IMG/VR virus record: IMGVR_UViG_3300034351_000046 | Coordinates: 1-55,125 of that record | DNA: 55,125 nucleotides | Source: a virus | Taxonomy: Duplodnaviria > Caudoviricetes | Strand: one strand, 5' to 3' | Shown: one piece after another, positions 55,020 to 55,125 of the stretch | Numbering within the stretch: the stretch's first letter is position 1 | Layout: each line of letters opens with the position of its first letter | Translations under genes and position numbers: made by a program | The notes under the pieces: generated by a model | What the model was told of the DNA's origin: nothing | Database searches by the model: none | The model's input: only the letters and a program-made list of their open reading frames with translations

Positions 55020-55125
55020 GCCAACCCACGGGGTGTCGGAATCTTGCCGCACTTTCCGACACCCCCTCTTCTTCGAATCTCGCCCCCCGGACTAACCCGG
55101 ACCAAAAAATCTCCAACTAGCCCAC

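Noticed and set aside
55020-55125. Terminal repeat, or an ORF joining the window end to its start
   Set aside because: No end repeat was seen, and the frame running into 1-126 has a TAA at 55093 with no start after it; circularity is not demonstrated.

Overview
The window reads as an essentially complete ~55 kb temperate tailed phage of podovirus-like architecture; no host genes are visible. A Verrucomicrobiota-like host is inferred from the style of its exported proteins. Modules in order: (1) a probable small terminase, early leftward genes and a tyrosine integrase with an attP-like site (0.7-4 kb); (2) small rightward genes (4.4-6.6 kb); (3) a long minus-strand virion operon (6.5-35 kb) with portal, scaffold, major capsid, Cys-repeat proteins, fibres, tail tube proteins, ejection proteins and a 2729-aa polyvalent protein, interrupted by an inverted terminase large subunit; (4) a glycan-modification cluster (35-40 kb); (5) a divergent regulatory switch (41 kb); (6) recombination and replication genes (42-55 kb). 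The standout is at 48.35-50.79 kb: a RAMP/Cas7-like gene and a partner gene, followed by a ~0.9 kb non-coding array of 5-nt units (variable NN plus a semi-conserved triplet) cut into blocks by GC(A/T)GGC. Reading only the NN dinucleotides as NNx-NNx spells conserved motifs of phage genes (helicase NAMLLTEGYD; IMCxVKxLFWE). These match this phage's own homologues at 8/10 and 8/11 dinucleotides, but never perfectly. The inference is an RNA-guided, wobble-skipping system aimed at competing related phages. All functional calls rest on motif recognition by eye; no database searches were run.
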